Below, in pieces: positions 1-10,881 of a stretch of 64,000 nt of DNA; position 1 is the first letter of the stretch, and the number at the start of each line of letters is the position of its first letter. Source of the DNA: Candidatus Hadarchaeota archaeon (GTDB taxonomy: Archaea > Hadarchaeota > Hadarchaeia > Hadarchaeales > JAWBSP01). The stretch lies in assembly GCA_964474885.1 (NCBI GenBank), contig CAYYWO010000001.1, positions 102,722 to 166,721 of the forward strand, read 5' to 3'. Under the pieces are notes generated by a model. It was given only the letters and a program-made list of their open reading frames with translations, ran no database searches and was not told the origin of the DNA. Both the position numbers and the translations under genes were made by a program.

Positions 1-289
1 AAAATTAGTCTACCCTTTTTAAGGGGGCCAAGTTACTTTATCGTTGTTCCGGGATCTCTGAGGGCTACTTCTAGGACGATGCAGTTAACAGATTCATAAC
101 CAGATCTTTGAGTCTCGATTCAGCCAGCTGGAGAGAGAATTGAGGGCGGAGAATTGCCTCCCTCGATGAAAAATTGAGGCTTTGTTGGCTGGCTGGGAGT
201 CATACTTAAAACTTGCTATCGCTGGAAATGTCCGATTGATAATCAAGGACAAATGTTATGTTCTTAGAGGTTCCTGAGTTTAATTTCCG

Positions 290-850
290 ATGCTGAGCAG
301 ACTCAAGTCCAAGTTTGAGGTGCTAGTTAAGGGACCCGTTGCAGTTTTAGCCCGTTTGGGTTTCACACCCAATCACTTGACCCTCATTGGGCTGATAATG
401 TCTCTGTTGTGTTTCTATCTATTCTTCCAACGGCATGCAGTACTCGCAGGTTTCGTCCTTCTGGTATGTGGCCTTTTTGATGCAATGGATGGAGCCCTCG
501 CTAGATACACAGGTTTGAGTACCACTTTTGGTGCTCTCTTTGATTCGGTATCGGATAGATACAGCGACTTTTTTGTCATAGCAGGTATGATCTTGGGCGG
601 ACTTGTGAACATGGGTTGGGGCCTACTGGCTATCCTTGGTTCCTTCATGGTCAGCTATGTTCGTGCGAGAGGAGAGGCTGCAGGGGCTGGTAAATTGGAT
701 ATAGGGATAGCTGAAAGAGGCGAAAGAGTTTTAATCCTAGCCTTCTTCTCGATCCTTAACCTCCCTGAGCTGGGGGTGATCTTAGTGGCGATTTTAGCCA
801 ATTTGACCGCCATCCACAGATTCGTAGTGGCGGCGCTGAGACTCACCTAA
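290..850 (+). CDS. CDP-alcohol phosphatidyltransferase, probable archaetidylinositol phosphate synthase
   Basis: Signature DAMDGALARY...GALFDSVSDRYSD; hydrophobic; SYVRARGE and ERGER motifs; close to inositol-1-phosphate synthase. Confidence 0.9.
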   Translation: MLSRLKSKFEVLVKGPVAVLARLGFTPNHLTLIGLIMSLLCFYLFFQRHAVLAGFVLLVCGLFDAMDGALARYTGLSTTFGALFDSVSDRYSDFFVIAGMILGGLVNMGWGLLAILGSFMVSYVRARGEAAGAGKLDIGIAERGERVLILAFFSILNLPELGVILVAILANLTAIHRFVVAALRLT

Positions 851-1154
851 ATTTTTCCTCTAGTGAGGATAGATAGATCTTGAACTGGTTTAACAGCTCC
901 CTTCCTTTGGGTGTGATGTGATAATACTTCCTAGGTCGGCTCTCGTGCTTCCACTCGGCCACCACTAGCCCCTCCCTTTGGAGCTTACTTAGCACCTTAT
1001 AGGCGGCAGACAGCTGGAAAGAAAAGCCGAATTTTTTGGCTATGGCTTTTCTCAGTTCGTAGACGTACATGGGTCTGTCGTTTAGCATCCTCAGTACATA
1101 AGGCCAAAGCATTTCTAGGGTGGTTTTCCTCTCGATTCGTTTCATCGGCTTCAT
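843..1154 (-). CDS. PadR-family winged-helix transcriptional regulator
   Basis: MYVYELRKAI...AAYKVLSKLQREGLV...RPRKYYHITPKG is the PadR pattern. Start moved to ATG 1154 because the longer ORF overlaps ino1. Confidence 0.88.
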   Translation of the reverse strand: MKPMKRIERKTTLEMLWPYVLRMLNDRPMYVYELRKAIAKKFGFSFQLSAAYKVLSKLQREGLVVAEWKHESRPRKYYHITPKGRELLNQFKIYLSSLEEKFR

Positions 1155-1227
1155 GACCAATAATAGTAGCTGAAAGTCGTTAAAAGCAGCGCTCCGAAGA
1201 ATTTTATTTTTAAGCGATTTTAAAGAA

Positions 1228-2301
1228 ATGGGAAAGGTAAGGGTCGCTATTGCAGGCGTCGGCAATTGTGCGTCATCCCTTGTCCAGGGTGTGTTCTATT
1301 ATCAGAATGCCAAGGAAGAGGAACAGGTTCCTGGTCTTATGCATGTAAAATTTGGGGATTACCACATTCGGGATATAGAGTTTGTTGCAGCTTTTGATGT
1401 AGATGCCAACAAGGTAGGAAAGGATTTAGCGGAAGCCATTTTCACACCTCCCAACTGTACCTTCAAGTTCTGTGATGTGCCCAAACTGGGGGTTGAGGTT
1501 CAAAGGGCACCCATTCTAGATGGACTGGGAAAATACCTAAAGGCGGTGATTCCAGTAGATTCCTCTCAGCGGGAGATAGATGTGGTTCAAGTGCTAAAAG
1601 AGAGTGGAGCTGATGTTCTCGTAAATTATGTTCCGGTAGGGAGTTTTAAAGCCGCCCGTTTTTACGCTAATGCCTGCCTAGAGGCAGGCGTAGGGTTCGT
1701 TAACTGCATGCCCGAGTTCATAGTTTCAGATCCAGCCTGGGGGGAAAAGTTTGAGGAAAGGGGCATACCCTGTGCTGGTGATGATATAAAATCGCAGGTT
1801 GGTGCTACAATCCTGCATCGCACTCTCGTCAAACTCCTCGTCGACAGAGGGGTCAAGGTCGAAGAAAGTTATCAACTGAACATCGGAGGGAATACAGACT
1901 TTCTGAACATGCTCGAGGAAGAGAGACTCAGCTCTAAGAGGGTCAGCAAGACGGAAGCTGTGGCAAGTCAGGTTCCATACGAGGTACCTCTGAGGATTGG
2001 TCCCAGTGATTATGTCCCCTTCTTGAAGGACAGGAAGATATGCTACATCTACATCAAGGGAAGAAAATTCGGGGACGTCCCCATATGGATCGATGCGAAG
2101 CTGAACGTGGAGGATTCACCAAACAGTGCGGGGGTTGTGATAGACGCTATTCGAGCGGTGAAAATCGCGAAGGACAGAGGGGTGGCTGGGCCGCTCTATT
2201 CGGTGTCCGCGTATTTCTTCAAGCACCCACCGGTCCAGATGGATGATGCCAAGGCGAGAAGGGCGGTGGAGGAGTTTATTCAAGGGAAGAGGGAGAGATG
2301 A
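1228..2301 (+). CDS. ino1: myo-inositol-1-phosphate synthase
   Basis: [49 protein letters not shown] motifs. Confidence 0.97.
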   Translation: MGKVRVAIAGVGNCASSLVQGVFYYQNAKEEEQVPGLMHVKFGDYHIRDIEFVAAFDVDANKVGKDLAEAIFTPPNCTFKFCDVPKLGVEVQRAPILDGLGKYLKAVIPVDSSQREIDVVQVLKESGADVLVNYVPVGSFKAARFYANACLEAGVGFVNCMPEFIVSDPAWGEKFEERGIPCAGDDIKSQVGATILHRTLVKLLVDRGVKVEESYQLNIGGNTDFLNMLEEERLSSKRVSKTEAVASQVPYEVPLRIGPSDYVPFLKDRKICYIYIKGRKFGDVPIWIDAKLNVEDSPNSAGVVIDAIRAVKIAKDRGVAGPLYSVSAYFFKHPPVQMDDAKARRAVEEFIQGKRER

Positions 2302-3182
2302 GAGAACTTGACTTCTTGGTAGTCGGGCACATAGCTATCGACGTTAACGTTTTTCCTTGGGGGGTCATCGAAAACGTCCTAGGCGGTGCGCCCACGTATG
2401 GCGGCTTCCTCCTAGCTGGGCTAGGGGCCAAGGTGGGCATACTTTCGAAGGTGGGTTTTGACTTCTCTAGAATGTTCCCCCCTATCTTCAGCAAGTTCGG
2501 CTTGGATACCGAGGGACTAATTGTAACAGGTGAAAGGTCAACGACTTTCAGGAATGTTTACGATGAGCAGGGGAACAGAACACAGAGCTGTACTTATCTT
2601 GCCCCCCAGCTGACACTCAGGGATATCCCAAGTTATTACACGAATATGCTCGGGGTGTACGTTTCCCCTTTAGGGAACGAGGTTTCGGTAGAGCTTTTGC
2701 AGGAACTCAGGCGCAGGACAAAATTTGTGATGATGGATCCGCAGGGACTTTTCAGAAAGATCCGGGAGGATGGGCGGATAGAACTCCGAGCTTTCCGAGA
2801 TTTGTCGGAATATCTACAGTATCTGGACATAGTTAAGGTAGGCAGAGACGAGATAGTCGTTTTTGGTGAGAAGTCACCGAGTGAAATCGCCCAGAGTCTG
2901 AGGGAGATGGGCTGCTCAGTGGCAGTGGTAACACTAGGTGAAAAAGGTTGTGTGGTTGCCGAAGGAAGCGGCGTTGAAAGTTTTCCCGCCCTAAAGGTGG
3001 AGGCCAAGGATCTCACAGGGGCGGGGGATGTGTTCGGTGCCGCTTTCTTGTACAAGTATGCTGAAACTCAAGATGCTAAACTAGCCGCTAGATTTGCTAA
3101 TGCAGCAGCTGGTTTAAAGATAAGGTATAGGGGTATTGTAGGCTTCCCTTCCCTTTCTGAGATAGAGGAGGTCCTAGAATAG
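2298..3182 (+). CDS. PfkB/ribokinase-family sugar kinase, possibly myo-inositol kinase
   Basis: GGAPTY near the N-terminus, [13 protein letters not shown] signature; ATGA overlap with ino1. Confidence 0.85.
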   Translation: MRELDFLVVGHIAIDVNVFPWGVIENVLGGAPTYGGFLLAGLGAKVGILSKVGFDFSRMFPPIFSKFGLDTEGLIVTGERSTTFRNVYDEQGNRTQSCTYLAPQLTLRDIPSYYTNMLGVYVSPLGNEVSVELLQELRRRTKFVMMDPQGLFRKIREDGRIELRAFRDLSEYLQYLDIVKVGRDEIVVFGEKSPSEIAQSLREMGCSVAVVTLGEKGCVVAEGSGVESFPALKVEAKDLTGAGDVFGAAFLYKYAETQDAKLAARFANAAAGLKIRYRGIVGFPSLSEIEEVLE

Positions 3183-3199
3183 CCCTGAGGGAAAAATTC

Positions 3200-4315
3200 A
3201 TGAAAAAGTCGTTAGCTCTTAAAACGATTCTCTTATTTGGTATTGTAAGCCTCCTAGGAGATGTTATTTACGAGGGTTGCAAGGGCGTGACAGGTCCATT
3301 CTTGTCCCTTCTTGGCGCCTCCGCATTTATCATCGGTGCGGTTTCGGGTGCGGGGGAATTCCTTTCGTATGCTTTGCGTTTTCCCGCAGGAAGAATTGCA
3401 GACAAGAAAAGATGGTACTGGGAACAAACATTTCTAGGGTATTCTCTCATTCTGTGCATCCCTCTACTTGCACTAGTCTGGGATTGGAGAATCGCAGCTC
3501 TGCTACTCTTGCTTGAGAGAGTGGGAAAGGGTATCCGATCTCCGGCTAGGGACGCCATACTTTCCCACGTGGTCAAAACTGTGGGAGCCGGGAGAGGTTT
3601 TGCTGTTCACGAGATTCTTGATCAAATTGGGGCGATCTTGGGTCCGCTTATTTTTTCCCTAATTCTCTTCAAAGCGAACTACACGGTGGTTTTCAGCGTG
3701 ATGTGGTTGCCATTCTTTCTCCTCTTGATTTCACTATCCCTTGCCAGGAAATTCTCCAGTCCCTTCCCTCGGGCGACACCCACCATTGCAAGGCACTATC
3801 ATATCAGGCCGCTGGTTTTCTTCACTTTCGTCGCAGGCCTTGGGTTGCTTCCTTTCCCTGTTCTGGCCTATCATTTTACTCGTGAAGGGATGGAAGCTTA
3901 CTTTATCTCGATCCTTTACGCGCTCGTCATGGGTGCAGATGCTGGGTCAGCCTACTTAGGTGGGATTCTGTATGACAAGTCTGGGATCAAAAGTTTGATG
4001 CTCCTTCCGCTTTTTTGCCTGTTTGCCCCGCTTGCCTTTATGAGTTCTACGATGTTTCTCGGGATTATCTCATTAGGCTTTGCAATCGGGATACAGGAGA
4101 CTGTACTGAGGGCAGTAGTGGCAGATCTTGTACCAGCTGAGAAAAGAGGTTCAGCATATGGAGGAATTCAATCAGCTTTCGGCTTGGCTTTTCTCATGGG
4201 CAACTCGATTTGCGGTCTTCTCTACGAACTCGGATTAACTTATTTGTTTCTATATGTGACTACATGCGAACTGCTGGCACTCGTCTTATTCATACAGTGG
4301 ATATCTAGACAATAG
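3200..4315 (+). CDS. MFS transporter
   Basis: About 12 TM helices; GRIADKK, ERVGKGIRSPARD, RGSAYG motifs. Confidence 0.9.
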   Translation: MKKSLALKTILLFGIVSLLGDVIYEGCKGVTGPFLSLLGASAFIIGAVSGAGEFLSYALRFPAGRIADKKRWYWEQTFLGYSLILCIPLLALVWDWRIAALLLLLERVGKGIRSPARDAILSHVVKTVGAGRGFAVHEILDQIGAILGPLIFSLILFKANYTVVFSVMWLPFFLLLISLSLARKFSSPFPRATPTIARHYHIRPLVFFTFVAGLGLLPFPVLAYHFTREGMEAYFISILYALVMGADAGSAYLGGILYDKSGIKSLMLLPLFCLFAPLAFMSSTMFLGIISLGFAIGIQETVLRAVVADLVPAEKRGSAYGGIQSAFGLAFLMGNSICGLLYELGLTYLFLYVTTCELLALVLFIQWISRQ

Positions 4316-6208
4316 GCTTCTTGCCTTTCTGACGTTTGGGAACTGTAGCGGCAGACCCTCGATTTGTCTAAGAACCTCAACAGCCTGCAACAACATCCGC
4401 TGCAGATCCCCAGGCTCCAGTCCTGACCAGTTGACAACATTTTTCCATTCCTCCCCTCTTGCCAAACATATCCCAACTGCGGCACGTCTCTCCGCTGGAC
4501 TATACCTCCTGCGCTCCCGGACGAGTTCAGTTAAGAAGGGGGAGAACTGGACCCCCCATTTTCTTTCAAGCTTAGCTATCTTCTTTCCTATGGTCAGCAA
4601 ATAATCAAGGTTGATCTTGGAAATGAGCCTAGAGGGAGCCTTTTCACCGCTCAGGGCAGTAGCCCAAGCACAGAGTTCGGCGACACCCATCTTTGCAACC
4701 CACCCTCTCCTGATGCTCTCAGTTATGAATATCGAGTTAGCATGTCTGACCTCTTTGGCCCACTCACCTTCCTGCGTTAGCTTACAATCCCGATTGAGGT
4801 AACCCAATTCCATGAGGATTCTGCTCCTCCGGTCAAAGTCGTTCATAAGTCTCCTCTCTACTTTCTTTCCTTTCTTGTGTCCGTAACTAGATTGCTGATA
4901 AACCAGCAGACTTTTGCTAAGAAGATCCAAGGCCCCCCAATAGCCGTACTTATCGAGTAGATTGAGAACTTGGTAGTACTGGACACGGAAGGCTGATCTC
5001 AGATGCTGTGGTTTTGATGTAGCCAGTGCTCTCGCCATCCTTATCCCTCTGATGGATCTAGCTTGCATGAGAGCGAATCCTACTTTATCCTTCCCCCTCC
5101 TTCCCGCTCTACCGATCATCTGGTGGAAATCTAGGGGGGAAAGGGGTTCCAATACGCCCTTTAGGGTGAGTTCAGGTAACACAACCGTCCTAGCCGGCAC
5201 ATCCAAACCAGCTGCCAAGGTACTTGTGGAGAAGACGGCTCTGATTAACCCTGAGCTCAGCAGGCGCTCTACGAGGATTTTCCAAGAGGTAAGGTGTCCA
5301 GCATGGTGCGACGCTATCCCCGCTTGCACTAAAGCGTCCAACAGCGGGTGGGAGTAGAGCTCAGGGTATTCACATGCCAGCTGATCGACGATTCTCTCCC
5401 TTTCTGCTTCACCTTCCGCTTTGATTCTCCTGAAAGCTCTCGCTGCCCGGTCGCAGTCTCTCCTTCTAGGTAAAAAGATGATGGCGGGGAGCAGGCGCCT
5501 GTGATTTAGGGTATCCACAAGCTGGACTGGATCGAATTTTCCGACTATGAGATCCGGGGAAATCCCCCCATCTAGAGGTAGGACGTGGCCAGAGGGGGTG
5601 ACAAAACCAAATCTGAGGGGTACAGGCCTCTCCTCACAGATCACGAGTTCTGGTGGCCGCTCTCTGATCTGGGCCATCCAGTCGCAGATGTCCTGAGGAT
5701 TGGAAATGGTCGCCGAGAGGAGCAAGAACTGGATGCTTTTTGGGGCCAAGATAATCACTTCTTCCCATGTGACTCCCCTGTCCGGATCCGATATATAGTG
5801 GGCCTCATCGAGGACGACGAAAGCGGGGGCACTCTCTCCACTGTAAAGACTATTGCGAAGTACCTCAGTAGTGGCGACAATGAGGGGTGCACTCGGGTTT
5901 TCCTTTCTCTCACCCGTTAAAAGGCCCACCTTCTCTTCTCCAAACAGGTGCCTGAACTGATCGAATTTCTGGTTGGACAATGCTTTGAGGGGCGTGGTAT
6001 ACCAGCACCTCTTGCCATCTTCCAAATACTCTCGGATGACTTCTTGTGCTATCCAAGTCTTGCCACTGCCAGTAGGTGCCACCACGATTACATCCCTCCC
6101 CTTCCTCAGAGCTTCAATAGCCTGCAATTGAAAGGGGGAGGGCTTAAAGTAACCCTCAGCCTCGCCCAGTCCTTGTAGGAACTCTTTTGTTACTCTCTCC
6201 AGGTTCAT
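4286..6208 (-). CDS. Ski2/HelY-like SF2 DExH-box helicase
   Basis: APTGSGKT, PLKALSNQKF, DEAHY, SAT, QMIGRAGRRG; C-terminal PGDLQR resembling the DSHCT domain. Confidence 0.9.
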   Translation of the reverse strand: MNLERVTKEFLQGLGEAEGYFKPSPFQLQAIEALRKGRDVIVVAPTGSGKTWIAQEVIREYLEDGKRCWYTTPLKALSNQKFDQFRHLFGEEKVGLLTGERKENPSAPLIVATTEVLRNSLYSGESAPAFVVLDEAHYISDPDRGVTWEEVIILAPKSIQFLLLSATISNPQDICDWMAQIRERPPELVICEERPVPLRFGFVTPSGHVLPLDGGISPDLIVGKFDPVQLVDTLNHRRLLPAIIFLPRRRDCDRAARAFRRIKAEGEAERERIVDQLACEYPELYSHPLLDALVQAGIASHHAGHLTSWKILVERLLSSGLIRAVFSTSTLAAGLDVPARTVVLPELTLKGVLEPLSPLDFHQMIGRAGRRGKDKVGFALMQARSIRGIRMARALATSKPQHLRSAFRVQYYQVLNLLDKYGYWGALDLLSKSLLVYQQSSYGHKKGKKVERRLMNDFDRRSRILMELGYLNRDCKLTQEGEWAKEVRHANSIFITESIRRGWVAKMGVAELCAWATALSGEKAPSRLISKINLDYLLTIGKKIAKLERKWGVQFSPFLTELVRERRRYSPAERRAAVGICLARGEEWKNVVNWSGLEPGDLQRMLLQAVEVLRQIEGLPLQFPNVRKARSLLSRYPLYE

Positions 6209-6253
6209 CTCTAACCACCGAAGCCTGAAAAATAATGAGTACGAATAATTTGA

Positions 6254-6328
6254 GGGCCCGTAGCTCAGCCAGGTTAGAGCGCTCGGCTGATAACCGGGAG
6301 GTCGAGGGTTCGAATCCCTCCGGGCCCA
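6254..6328 (+). tRNA. tRNA-Ile(GAT)
   Basis: GGGCCCG/CGGGCCC acceptor stem, anticodon loop CT-GAT-AA, GGTTCGAATCC T-arm. Confidence 0.96.
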
Positions 6329-6351
6329 TTAATCCGGGATCGGGAGTAGAG

Positions 6352-7143
6352 ATGATCATCATCTTGGGATCCAAGAAGGACGCCGCTGCACAAAACATAA
6401 TCTCGCATCTAAAGGAGTCCTTTGGGCTGGTGCCCGGAGAGCAGAACTTGCATAATTGCCCAGTGAAGCTGATGGAGGTTGAGAGTGATATAGAGCAGAT
6501 CCAGCAGCTCCCACCTGCTGAGGAAGTCATAGTTTGCTCAAGGCATGAGAGTGCTTCCAAGATACCCTGCTTGACTGTTCATGTGCCCGGCAGACTGACG
6601 GAGGGAAAACTCGCGGTAGCCTCCCCCCTTATGGTTCGGAGCCTTCTGGTTTCTTTGAAGGAACAGGCCGAGAAAGAGGGACTTGATTATAGAGTCTCCC
6701 TTGAAGCCACCCACCACGGTCCATGCCTGGATTTGCCGCTGACCTTCATAGAGATAGGCAGCTCTGAAAATCGGTGGAAGGATGATGCCGCGGGGTATGT
6801 GGTGGCGGCGGCGGTTGTTGGGGCATTGCGAAGGATCAGGGAAGGTCTGAAGGCAGTGGGTGTGGGTGGCCCCCACTATGCTCCCCGGCACACGGAGGTC
6901 TGTCTCAAGACCAAAGTTGGTATAGGTCATATTCTACCTAGTTACATCGACTGGAGGGAGGAGACTCTCTTGGAGGCCATTGAAAAGACGAAAGATGGTG
7001 CAGACTTGATAGCAGCAGATTGGAAGGGCTTGAATGCAAGTCAAAGAGAAATAGTGAAAGAGGTCTCCGAGCGGACAGGGATTAGGCTGATAAGGGAAAA
7101 GTCTTTGCTCAGAGAGTTTTATAGCTGGGGGGAGAATCCGTGA
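6352..7143 (+). CDS. dtdA: Archaeal D-aminoacyl-tRNA deacylase
   Basis: SRHES, LTVHVPG, EATHHGP, FIEIGS, GGPHYAP motifs; start at ATG 6352, downstream of the tRNA. Confidence 0.92.
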   Translation: MIIILGSKKDAAAQNIISHLKESFGLVPGEQNLHNCPVKLMEVESDIEQIQQLPPAEEVIVCSRHESASKIPCLTVHVPGRLTEGKLAVASPLMVRSLLVSLKEQAEKEGLDYRVSLEATHHGPCLDLPLTFIEIGSSENRWKDDAAGYVVAAAVVGALRRIREGLKAVGVGGPHYAPRHTEVCLKTKVGIGHILPSYIDWREETLLEAIEKTKDGADLIAADWKGLNASQREIVKEVSERTGIRLIREKSLLREFYSWGENP

Positions 7144-8222
7144 TGTTATCCGAGGGAAGGCAGGGAGTTTTACCGTTTACTCAGGGAACCGGCAGGCGCA
7201 GATTTACGGATGAGCAGCTTCGCTCGATTGTTGAGAAAACTCGGGCCAAAATCAAGATAATAGGAGTGGGGGGAGCAGGTTGTAACACGGTTACCCGCAT
7301 GAGCGAAGTTGGAATTATAGGTGCACGGACCATTGCGGTCAACACCGATGCCCAGGATTTGGTATTCTCGGAAGCTGACGAGAAGCTTCTAATCGGTGAA
7401 AGGACAACAGGTGGTCTGGGAGCTGGAAACGATCCTGAGAAAGGGAAAAAGGCCGCCGAGGAAAGCAAGGAGGATTTGAAAGCATGTTTGGACGAAACCG
7501 ACATGGCGTTTATTACTTGTGGACTGGGAGGGGGCACAGGTACCGGCGCTTCCCCAGTTATTGCTGAGATATGCCGCAGGATGGGTATTCTCTCAGTAGC
7601 AGTTGTGACTCTTCCCTTCAGAGCCGAGGGTGTCAGGAGGAGGAAGAACGCTGAACTAGGTTTAGAGAATCTGAAGAAGGTGGCGGATGCTTTGGTGGTT
7701 ATCCCGAACGACAAGCTGAGAATGAATCCCAGTGTATCCATAGCTGAAGCCTTCAAGCTCTGTGATAGTATCCTAGTCAAGGCTGTCAAGGGCATAGTCG
7801 AGCTGATAACATACGGTGGGGAGGTGAATGTAGACTTTGCTGATGTAAAGGCTGTACTCTCAAATGCGGGACTCTGCGCCCTTGCCGTGGCTGAATCGGA
7901 CGCTGAGAATAGAGCCGAGGATGTGGTGAATCAAGTTCTCAACGATCCCTTACTGGACGTCGAGGTGAGCAACGCCAAAGGTGCGTTGTTGAACCTCATA
8001 GCGTCAAACGTTGCGGTTGAAGAGTTGGACATGGTCCTTGGAAAGTTCCAAGACCTCCTCAGCCCAGATGCTAATTTGATCTGGGGTCTCCAGAGTAATC
8101 CGAATATGAGAAACACCCTTAGATTGGTAACGTTGATAGCAGGCGTCTACTCACCCTGGGCGGTACCGGGGAAGAGGATCCCGCCGCCCAGTGAACTGGA
8201 CTTTGGCATTAAGTCCCTCTGA
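7140..8222 (+). CDS. ftsZ: Cell division protein FtsZ
   Basis: GVGGAGCN, GGGTGTG tubulin signature, NVDFADV T7 loop. Confidence 0.97.
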   Translation: MMLSEGRQGVLPFTQGTGRRRFTDEQLRSIVEKTRAKIKIIGVGGAGCNTVTRMSEVGIIGARTIAVNTDAQDLVFSEADEKLLIGERTTGGLGAGNDPEKGKKAAEESKEDLKACLDETDMAFITCGLGGGTGTGASPVIAEICRRMGILSVAVVTLPFRAEGVRRRKNAELGLENLKKVADALVVIPNDKLRMNPSVSIAEAFKLCDSILVKAVKGIVELITYGGEVNVDFADVKAVLSNAGLCALAVAESDAENRAEDVVNQVLNDPLLDVEVSNAKGALLNLIASNVAVEELDMVLGKFQDLLSPDANLIWGLQSNPNMRNTLRLVTLIAGVYSPWAVPGKRIPPPSELDFGIKSL

Positions 8223-8386
8223 TGGGTAGGATAACTTCAAGCATAAAGAGGGTTTTACTAGTAGCGAGGAGACCTCGCTCAGACGAGTACAAGGAGGCGA
8301 TCAAAGTAACGGGAGCCATCATCCTTTTCGTGGGGGTGATAGGATTCATTTATATGGCATTTGGTTACTTGATAACAGGTGGTTAA
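8222..8386 (+). CDS. secE: Protein translocase SecE/Sec61-gamma subunit (54 aa; absent from the ORF track)
   Basis: Read by hand: MGRITSSIKRVLLVARRPRSDEYKEAIKVTGAIILFVGVIGFIYMAFGYLITGG; conserved position between ftsZ and spt5. Confidence 0.93.
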   Translation: MGRITSSIKRVLLVARRPRSDEYKEAIKVTGAIILFVGVIGFIYMAFGYLITGG

Positions 8387-8878
8387 ATGGGAGAAGAAAA
8401 AGAAATGCAACCTAAACCCATGCTCTTTGTGCTAGAGACTACCCTTGGTCAGGAGGTACCTACAGCTAGTATGGTAATGGTTCGCGCCAGGAAGCTGGGT
8501 CTTCCAGTATCCGCCGTCTTGGTTCCTCCCGGGCTTCGAGGATGTGTCTTCATCGAGGTCATTGCGGAGACAGAGGCTGAGGGAAGGACGGTGGCTGAGA
8601 AGGCTAGAGCGGGGATCAAGCATGCCAAGAAAATCTTGCGTACACCCCTGCCCTTTTCGGAGGTCGAGAACTTCCTTGTCCCACGCTCCCCAGTCGCGGA
8701 CTTGGAAATAGGTGACATAGTGGATATAACCGCGGGGCCCTTCAAGGGCGAACAAGGGAGAATAGTAAGAATAGATGCTGAGAAGGAAGAGGTAACTGTA
8801 GAATTGTTGGAGGCCACGGTTCCAATTCCTCTGAGGCTATCGGCTTCTTGGGTTAAATTGTGTAGAAAAAGCGAGTAA
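8387..8878 (+). CDS. spt5: Transcription elongation factor Spt5/NusG
   Basis: NGN domain (TTLGQE...GCVFIE) plus KOW ([13 protein letters not shown]); operon context. Confidence 0.95.
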   Translation: MGEEKEMQPKPMLFVLETTLGQEVPTASMVMVRARKLGLPVSAVLVPPGLRGCVFIEVIAETEAEGRTVAEKARAGIKHAKKILRTPLPFSEVENFLVPRSPVADLEIGDIVDITAGPFKGEQGRIVRIDAEKEEVTVELLEATVPIPLRLSASWVKLCRKSE

Positions 8879-9357
8879 TGGCTAAGCGGTCGATTAAGGT
8901 TCTGGTTGAGGGTGGAAAGGCTACACCTGCTCCCCCGCTAGGTCCAGCCTTGGGCATGCTCGGCTTGAATGTGGGACAAGTGGTCGGAGAGATAAACAAG
9001 AAGACTAGTGAGTTCGAGGGTATGAAAGTCCCCGTTATAGTGACTGTGGATACAAAAACGAAGCAGTTCAAAATAGAAATAGGGCTACCCCCGGTTTCTG
9101 CCCTGATAAAAAGAGAGCTGGGGATCGAAAAAGGTGCCAAGACTGCAGGTCAAGAAACAGTGGGTGATTTGCCGTTTTCCAAGCTGATTGAGATAGCCAA
9201 GAAAAAGTGGGAGTCTCGAGCTACCTTGGCTAAGGATTTCCGAGGAGTGGTGAAGGAGGTCTTAGGTACATGCGTCAGTATGGGCGTCACGGTGGAGGGG
9301 AAAGACCCGAGAGAGGTGCAAAAGGAGATTGATGAAGGTAAATTACAGGTGGGCTGA
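8878..9357 (+). CDS. rpl11: 50S ribosomal protein L11
   Basis: [15 protein letters not shown]; [15 protein letters not shown]. Confidence 0.97.
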   Translation: MAKRSIKVLVEGGKATPAPPLGPALGMLGLNVGQVVGEINKKTSEFEGMKVPVIVTVDTKTKQFKIEIGLPPVSALIKRELGIEKGAKTAGQETVGDLPFSKLIEIAKKKWESRATLAKDFRGVVKEVLGTCVSMGVTVEGKDPREVQKEIDEGKLQVG

Positions 9358-9998
9358 TGAGGGAGAGATTGTTAGAGGCCATCAGGAAGGCAAAAGAAAA
9401 CGGAGGAAAGAGGAGGTTCGAACAGACGGTTGAGCTACAGATATCTTTCCGTGGAATAAATCCTAGGAGGCCCCAAGAGAGGATCACGGGTGAGGTAGTT
9501 TTACCGCATGGATGCGGGAAGCACAGGAGGATCTGTGTATTCGCTGAAAGGGAAGTAGCCAAAAAGGCTAAGGAGGCTGGGGCAGACTTGGTTTTGGGTA
9601 GGGAAGAGATCCAGAAGATAGGCTCCAACAGGAAGGAAGGGAAAAAACTGGCGGAGATGTATGACTATTTCTTAGCAGAGCCGCAACTTATGGCGCATGT
9701 CGGAAGGCTTTTAGGCAGATTTCTAGGACCCAGAGGGAAAGTTCCACGACCTATAACCTCACCGGATCTGCATGCACTTTTTGACAAGATCAGAAGGACG
9801 GTTTATTTCCGGATGAAAGACCAGCCAATTCTGTCCATGAGGGTGGGATCGGAGAGCATGAGCGATGAGGAGTTGGCGGATAATATTGAGGCGGTGCTTC
9901 GATTCTTGGAAACGAAGTTGCCTCGGGGGCTCTCGCAAATCAAGTCGATGCATATCAAACTGACCATGGGGAAGCCCCAGGCGGTGAAGCTGAGATGA
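9357..9998 (+). CDS. rpl1: 50S ribosomal protein L1
   Basis: RRFEQTVEL, LGPRGKVP, KLTMGKP. Confidence 0.96.
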   Translation: MRERLLEAIRKAKENGGKRRFEQTVELQISFRGINPRRPQERITGEVVLPHGCGKHRRICVFAEREVAKKAKEAGADLVLGREEIQKIGSNRKEGKKLAEMYDYFLAEPQLMAHVGRLLGRFLGPRGKVPRPITSPDLHALFDKIRRTVYFRMKDQPILSMRVGSESMSDEELADNIEAVLRFLETKLPRGLSQIKSMHIKLTMGKPQAVKLR

Positions 9999-10876
9999 AG
10001 AAGGCCGAGAAGGCGAAGGTGGTGCAGGAGCTGAGGCAGAAGATCCGTGAGTATCCCACCGTAGCCGTTGTAGATTTCACCGGCGTACCCGCGGATCTCA
10101 TGCAAGAGCTGAGAGCAAAGCTTCGGGGAAGGGGGGAGATCAAGGTTTCTAAGAAAACCCTGATTCAACGGGCATTGAAAGAGGAGGATAAGCCCAACAT
10201 AGCCAAGCTGTTGGAATACCTGAAAGGCCAACCCGCGCTAGTCTTTTCGAAGGAGAATCCGTTCAAACTCTACCGTTTCTTCGATGAAAACAAGAGGAGG
10301 GCACCAGCCAAACCGGGGATGGTGAGTTCCTCAGATGTGGTTCTTCAGGCTGGAGAACTGGATCTCCCCCCAGGACCTGTCGTTTCTACCCTGCAGAAGC
10401 TGGGGGCCAAGGCGAGGGTGCAGGCAGGGAGGGTAACACTCTTGGAAGATTTCACACTTGTGAAGGCGGGTGAGGTGATAGATGGCGAGAAGGCCGACCT
10501 GCTGGCCAAGCTGAACATCTTACCGATTGAGCAAATGCTCAAAGTACATGCGGCCTACGAGAAAGGAATCATTTTCACCCCTGAGGTGCTGGGGATCCGA
10601 CCCGAGCAGGTCATGGAGGATATAAAACAGGCCCAGCAGGTTGCTCTCAACCTCTCGCTCAACTCCGGATACCCAACTTCGGAGACCCTCCCTGTGATGC
10701 TCCAAGAAGCCAAGCTGAGGGGTCTACTTCTGGCTGTCAACATAGATTACCCGGCTAGGGAAGTGGTTGGGCAGATCCTAGCTAAGGGGTACGTGCAGAT
10801 GTTGGCTCTTGCTAGAGTAGTCGGACAGAAGGACGCGAGCCTGCTGGATGAAAGAATAAAAGGTATCGTGAGTTAG
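9995..10876 (+). CDS. rpl10: 50S ribosomal protein L10/P0
   Basis: QELRAKLRG...VSKKTL, NPFKL, PAKPG; operon order. Confidence 0.95.
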   Translation: MKKAEKAKVVQELRQKIREYPTVAVVDFTGVPADLMQELRAKLRGRGEIKVSKKTLIQRALKEEDKPNIAKLLEYLKGQPALVFSKENPFKLYRFFDENKRRAPAKPGMVSSSDVVLQAGELDLPPGPVVSTLQKLGAKARVQAGRVTLLEDFTLVKAGEVIDGEKADLLAKLNILPIEQMLKVHAAYEKGIIFTPEVLGIRPEQVMEDIKQAQQVALNLSLNSGYPTSETLPVMLQEAKLRGLLLAVNIDYPAREVVGQILAKGYVQMLALARVVGQKDASLLDERIKGIVS

Positions 10877-10881
10877 ACCAG

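Noticed and set aside
1-289. Possible coiled-coil gene fragment at the left edge
   Set aside because: Too short and interrupted to support a call.
6235-6351. N-terminal extension of the dtdA ORF
   Set aside because: It runs through tRNA-Ile; the real start is more likely ATG 6352.
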